Source: Kiritimatiellia bacterium (GTDB lineage: Bacteria; Verrucomicrobiota; Kiritimatiellia; JAAZAB01). Taken from it: a stretch of DNA of 64,000 nt. Within the stretch, counting starts at the first letter, position 1; each line of letters starts with the position of its first letter. The notes below the pieces were generated by a model. The model was not told the origin of the DNA and did not search any database. It saw only the letters and a program-made list of their open reading frames with translations. The translations under genes were made by a program, and so were the position numbers. The stretch is from contig JAXGPF010000003.1 of assembly GCA_040767085.1 (NCBI GenBank), positions 128,001 to 192,000 on the forward strand. The letters are read 5' to 3'. Shown piece by piece: positions 60,182 through 64,000 of this stretch.

Positions 60182-61951
60182 ATGAAAAAATGCTTGAAAC
60201 TGCAATGGGCGCTCGCCGCCGCGCTGGGCGCGGCCGCCTGCTTTGCCACTGCCCAAACACCCGCGGACGAGCAAGCTGCGCAAACTCCGGTTAAAGCCGT
60301 CGTCGACGCCGGCAAGGAAATCGGCGGCGCTGCCGCTGAAACCACCCGGGGTGTGGTGCGCGGTGTAGGAGAAGCCGGCAGCGAGATCGGAGGAGCGCTG
60401 AAAAGCGGCGGCGGCACAGTCGTGGAACAGAGCCAGAGCATCTGGCGGGAAACCGTCATTCCGGCGCTGGAACGCACTTCCAGCGCGCTGCCCGGGGTGA
60501 TCAAGGCCATTATCCTGCTGGTTGCCTTCTGGATTGTCGCCCGGCTCGTCGGCGGCTTGGTGGCCAAGCTGCTGGGGATGACCCGGCTGGACAACCGGGC
60601 CGCCAAGGAACTCGGGTTGGAAAAGATGCTGCAAAAGCCCGACGGCACCCGGCGCTCCCTGGAGGCCATGGCCGGCAGTCTGGTCAAGTGGGTGATCCTG
60701 CTGTTTGGCTTCATTGCATTCTTCAATGCCCTGAACCTGCAGATGGTGGCCGGACCGCTGCAGAACATCGTTGATAAAATCGTGGGAGTCATCCCTAATC
60801 TGCTCAAGGCGGCTGTGATCCTGTTTGTGTACTGGGCCGTAGCCACGCTGGTGAAAATTGGCTTAACCAAGGGGCTGGGCGCGTTGAAATTCGATACCCG
60901 GGCAGCCAAATATTTCCCCGCGCGCGAAATCAAGGGCGAGCAGGTCGGTCCCAGCGCCATGCTCGGGCGGTTGCTGTTTTACGTGATCCTGCTCTTCGGC
61001 ATTCCGCCGTTCCTGGATGCCCTGGGACAACAATCCCTGGTCGCCCCCTTGCAGGAAATGCTGGCCAAGACCCTGGCCTTCCTACCCAACATCATCGCCG
61101 CCGCCATTATCGTGTTTATCGGCAGCATCGTGGCTACAATTGTCCGCGAATTGACAACTAATTTCCTGGCGACGGTCGGCGCCGATGAAGGCGCGCGCAA
61201 GCTGGGCTTTGACAAGATGGCCGGCGGGAAAAAACTTTCCGGTATCATCGGGCTGATCGCCTATTTCTTCATCCTGGTGCCGATCATCATTTCCGCCGTG
61301 GATGCTTTACAGATCAAGGCGATAGCCGATCCCGTCAAGACCACCCTGGAAGCCGTGCTGGCGGCCGTGCCGGCCGTCATCGTGGCTGCGGTGATCGTTA
61401 TTATCGGATACGCCATCGCCAAGGTGGTGCGCGGCCTGGTCGCGTCGCTGTTGAGCGGCATCGGGTTCGACGCGCTGCCGGACAAGGTCGGCCTGGAATT
61501 CCTCAGGCCCAAGGGCCAGGCAACCCTCTCCGCCATTGCCGGGACGGTCGTAATGGCGGTTATTTTGCTGCTGACGGCGCAACAGGCGCTGGACAGCCTC
61601 GGATTCGCGCAATTGGCGGCATTGGCAGACAGCATTGTGCGCTACCTGCCGCATCTCGTGGTCGGCCTGGTAATCCTGTTTGCCGCCTTGAGCCTCGGCA
61701 AATACGTCGGCGGCCTGGTGGCGCAAGCCGCTTCCGGCTCGCCACACGCTAAACTGCTGGCCATCATCGCACGCTACGCGATCATCTTCCTTGGCGCCGG
61801 CATGGCTTTGGATCAGCTCGGGGTGAGCGAACAAATCGTCATCACGGCTGTCAGCGCCGTGCTGGGCGGCGCGGCCCTGGCGCTGGGGCTGGCTTTCGGC
61901 CTGGGCGGCAAGGACAAAGCCCGGGAAATTATCGAAAACTCCAAACAATAA
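60182..61951 (+). CDS. CmpX/MscS-related membrane protein with tandem TM-helix repeats
   Basis: Five P(N/G/A/H)-hydrophobic-A repeats; C-terminal LALGLAFGLGGKDKA; AGGAG RBS. Confidence 0.8.
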   Translation: MKKCLKLQWALAAALGAAACFATAQTPADEQAAQTPVKAVVDAGKEIGGAAAETTRGVVRGVGEAGSEIGGALKSGGGTVVEQSQSIWRETVIPALERTSSALPGVIKAIILLVAFWIVARLVGGLVAKLLGMTRLDNRAAKELGLEKMLQKPDGTRRSLEAMAGSLVKWVILLFGFIAFFNALNLQMVAGPLQNIVDKIVGVIPNLLKAAVILFVYWAVATLVKIGLTKGLGALKFDTRAAKYFPAREIKGEQVGPSAMLGRLLFYVILLFGIPPFLDALGQQSLVAPLQEMLAKTLAFLPNIIAAAIIVFIGSIVATIVRELTTNFLATVGADEGARKLGFDKMAGGKKLSGIIGLIAYFFILVPIIISAVDALQIKAIADPVKTTLEAVLAAVPAVIVAAVIVIIGYAIAKVVRGLVASLLSGIGFDALPDKVGLEFLRPKGQATLSAIAGTVVMAVILLLTAQQALDSLGFAQLAALADSIVRYLPHLVVGLVILFAALSLGKYVGGLVAQAASGSPHAKLLAIIARYAIIFLGAGMALDQLGVSEQIVITAVSAVLGGAALALGLAFGLGGKDKAREIIENSKQ

Positions 61952-61961
61952 TCGACGGAAT

Positions 61962-62006
61962 GAAATGGAGGGGCCGGGCAGTAATGTCCGCGCCCCGCTC
62001 CATTTC
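61962..62006 (+). terminator. Stem-loop after the cmpX-like gene, possible terminator
   Basis: gaaatggag...ctccatttc stem; weak U tract. Confidence 0.35.
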
Positions 62007-62139
62007 CTGTAAGGCGGCTAGATTCCTGGCCGCCTTCCCCGTTACGGTACACTGTTTGTTTTTACCCGCCGGAGGCTAACGCCGGCGAGACGCCTGCCTG
62101 TCATTGCCAATCCGGCAACGTCACAATCCGCAGACCGGC

Positions 62140-62199
62140 TGCCGCACGCAGTGCGGCACTACAGGAACGGGCCGGATGCCGTCGCAGTGCGGCACTGCA
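62140..62199. repeat. Two GTAG-type REP hairpins related to 7417-7514
   Basis: tgccgcacgcagtgcggcactaca and tgccgtcgcagtgcggcactgca. Confidence 0.65.
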
Positions 62200-62408
62200 T
62201 TGATCTTCTATCCCGTCTGACGCTGGACACCCGCGCGACGCACCAATTCCGGCGGGGATGGTTTTAGCACCCTGCCGGAATTAACCGGAAATATAAAGGA
62301 TATATTGGATTTTATGCAATTTTAGTGAGAGAATTCAATGAAACAACAAAATCCTTTTCTGATCAACAATTTTATCCTATAATTTTACGTCCGCGAAAAA
62401 ATCCGCGC

Positions 62409-62436
62409 TTGACCATTCCGCCGGCCCGGCTACAAT
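62409..62436 (+). promoter_or_regulatory. Sigma70 promoter of tRNA-Gly
   Basis: TTGACC-16 bp-TACAAT, 15 bp upstream of the tRNA. Confidence 0.6.
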
Positions 62437-62450
62437 GAAAAGAATCTTAC

Positions 62451-62522
<72 letters not shown>

Positions 62523-62708
62523 CCCTTAAAACCCTTGTAAAACAAGCCTTTTCTCGTGTTTCCCTGTTTCCCGGCAGCCCTGTAATTGCCATTTAGGGTA
62601 CAATTAGGGGAATTGTTTTCTTGACCGGCGCCCGGCATTGCCTTAGATTGCCCAGTGTAGCCCGGGAATGTTGGTTCCCCTTTTTGTACCCTGATCGGGA
62701 GGCTGGCC

Positions 62709-64000
62709 ATGGCGCTGGAAATGAAACTTACATCCCGCTGGTGGTACGCGCGCTTCCTGGTGAACGGCAAGTTGCGGCGCTTTCCCCTGATGGAACGGCG
62801 CGGCGGGCAAGAACAGCGGGTTGAAATCAAAGGCCGCCGGCCGGCCAGCCTGAAGCATCCCGAGCAAGGCGATGCGGCCTTCCTCGAATCGTATCACCGC
62901 GCGCGCGCCGCGCATGACCGGCTGTCCGAGGAAGAACTGACGCGCCACTCTGTCGAAGACCTGGCGCAACGGATTGTCGAGGCGAAGACCGGCACGCGGC
63001 TTGATTTTGTGAAGGTTGAATCGGTTCCGGATGCCTGGGCATCCCTACCACGTAAACGCCCGCCTTCACCGCAATATCTTGAGACCGGCAAATCCAAATT
63101 GCGGTGCTTTACCACCTTTATGCGGAAAAACTATCCCGCGGTGGAAGACCTGGCCGCTATCCGCACGGAGCATGTCCGCACATTCCTGGACACGGAATCC
63201 GCGCGCGGCGTTGCGCCGCGCACCTGGAACATTACGCTAAAACTGCTCAAAACCGTCTTCGCAAAGTTGGAGCCGAATGCGGACGCATACCGTACTTTCC
63301 TGAAGAATGCGGCCTTCAAGGACGAAGACACCATACACCGGGAGCCGTTCAACGACGAGGAACTGGACGCAATCCTTGTTGCGACGCGTGAGGATGAGAT
63401 TCTGCGCGGACCGCTGGTGACCGCACTCTGCACGGCCATGCGGCGTGGAGATTGCTGTTGCTTGAAATGGGAGAGCGTGGACCTTGGCGCGGGCTTCATC
63501 GAAGTCTGCACCAGCAAGACCGGCGAGACGGCGGAAATCCCCATCCTGCCGTTACTGCGCCAGGAGCTTTTAACTCTGTCGCAGACCGGCGGCGAATATG
63601 TGTTTCCCAAGGCCGCAGCATTGTACCAGACCGATCCGCGTGCCGTTGACCGGCGCCTGCAGGTAATTCTGGCCCGGGCCGGGTTCGTGGATGTCCCGGC
63701 GCCGCCGGCCACCGGAAACGCGGGCGGCAAAAATCCGGAACCAAAACCGCCGATCCCGGAAATCCCACGGGACGAACTTCGCCAACGTGGACTGGACGCG
63801 ATTACCGCCACGGACATGCTTGAGGCAAAACGCCAGCGAATGAAAGTTGTTTTCACGGCCTATTTGGACGGAAAAAGCCTGCCGGCAATTGCCCGTGAAT
63901 TTGGTTTAAGCAAGAGCACCGTATCGCTGCACCTGCATGAGATTGAAGATATGCTCGGCCTGGCCGTCTTCCGCCGTCCAGCGCCGCCGGCGATCCCCGC
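62709..64000 (+). CDS. Tyrosine recombinase/integrase, runs off the window end and is absent from the ORF track
   Basis: Manual translation from GGAGG-ATG 62709 is open to the end: WWYARF.VNGK arm-like start, APRTWN core, HREPF..EEL, TAMRRGD..LKW.SVDL, TSKTG, YVFP. Confidence 0.9.
   Translation, partial: MALEMKLTSRWWYARFLVNGKLRRFPLMERRGGQEQRVEIKGRRPASLKHPEQGDAAFLESYHRARAAHDRLSEEELTRHSVEDLAQRIVEAKTGTRLDFVKVESVPDAWASLPRKRPPSPQYLETGKSKLRCFTTFMRKNYPAVEDLAAIRTEHVRTFLDTESARGVAPRTWNITLKLLKTVFAKLEPNADAYRTFLKNAAFKDEDTIHREPFNDEELDAILVATREDEILRGPLVTALCTAMRRGDCCCLKWESVDLGAGFIEVCTSKTGETAEIPILPLLRQELLTLSQTGGEYVFPKAAALYQTDPRAVDRRLQVILARAGFVDVPAPPATGNAGGKNPEPKPPIPEIPRDELRQRGLDAITATDMLEAKRQRMKVVFTAYLDGKSLPAIAREFGLSKSTVSLHLHEIEDMLGLAVFRRPAPPAIP

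Noticed and set aside
63131-63856. 241-aa minus-strand ORF
   Set aside because: It is the antisense shadow of the plus-strand integrase.

Overview
GC-rich bacterial chromosome segment, probably from a PVC-superphylum organism (Kiritimatiellia/Lentisphaeria-like; inferred from gene content, not established). Most of it is housekeeping and metabolic genes: uronate isomerase, tadA, tatA, rpiB-glyA fusion, folC, accD, accA, aspS, ftsW, tsaB, hppA and tRNA-Gly. It also carries a LacI-linked glycan-degradation cluster, an AlgI/AlgJ-type O-acylation cluster, an HTH plus nucleotidyltransferase pair, an IS1202-type IS with a 16-bp target duplication, a RAYT-type transposase with perfect inverted ends, and the start of a tRNA-Gly-linked integrative element. 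The integrase of that element is missing from the ORF track and has an HTH inserted in its catalytic domain. The most striking signal is non-coding. The intergenic DNA holds nested miniature elements: several MITE shells with different termini and 5-, 10- or 11-bp target duplications, REP-type hairpins inside them, and 21-30 bp micro-hairpins inside those. Filled and empty versions of one insertion site are both visible in this window. All calls come from motif reading by eye; no searches were run.
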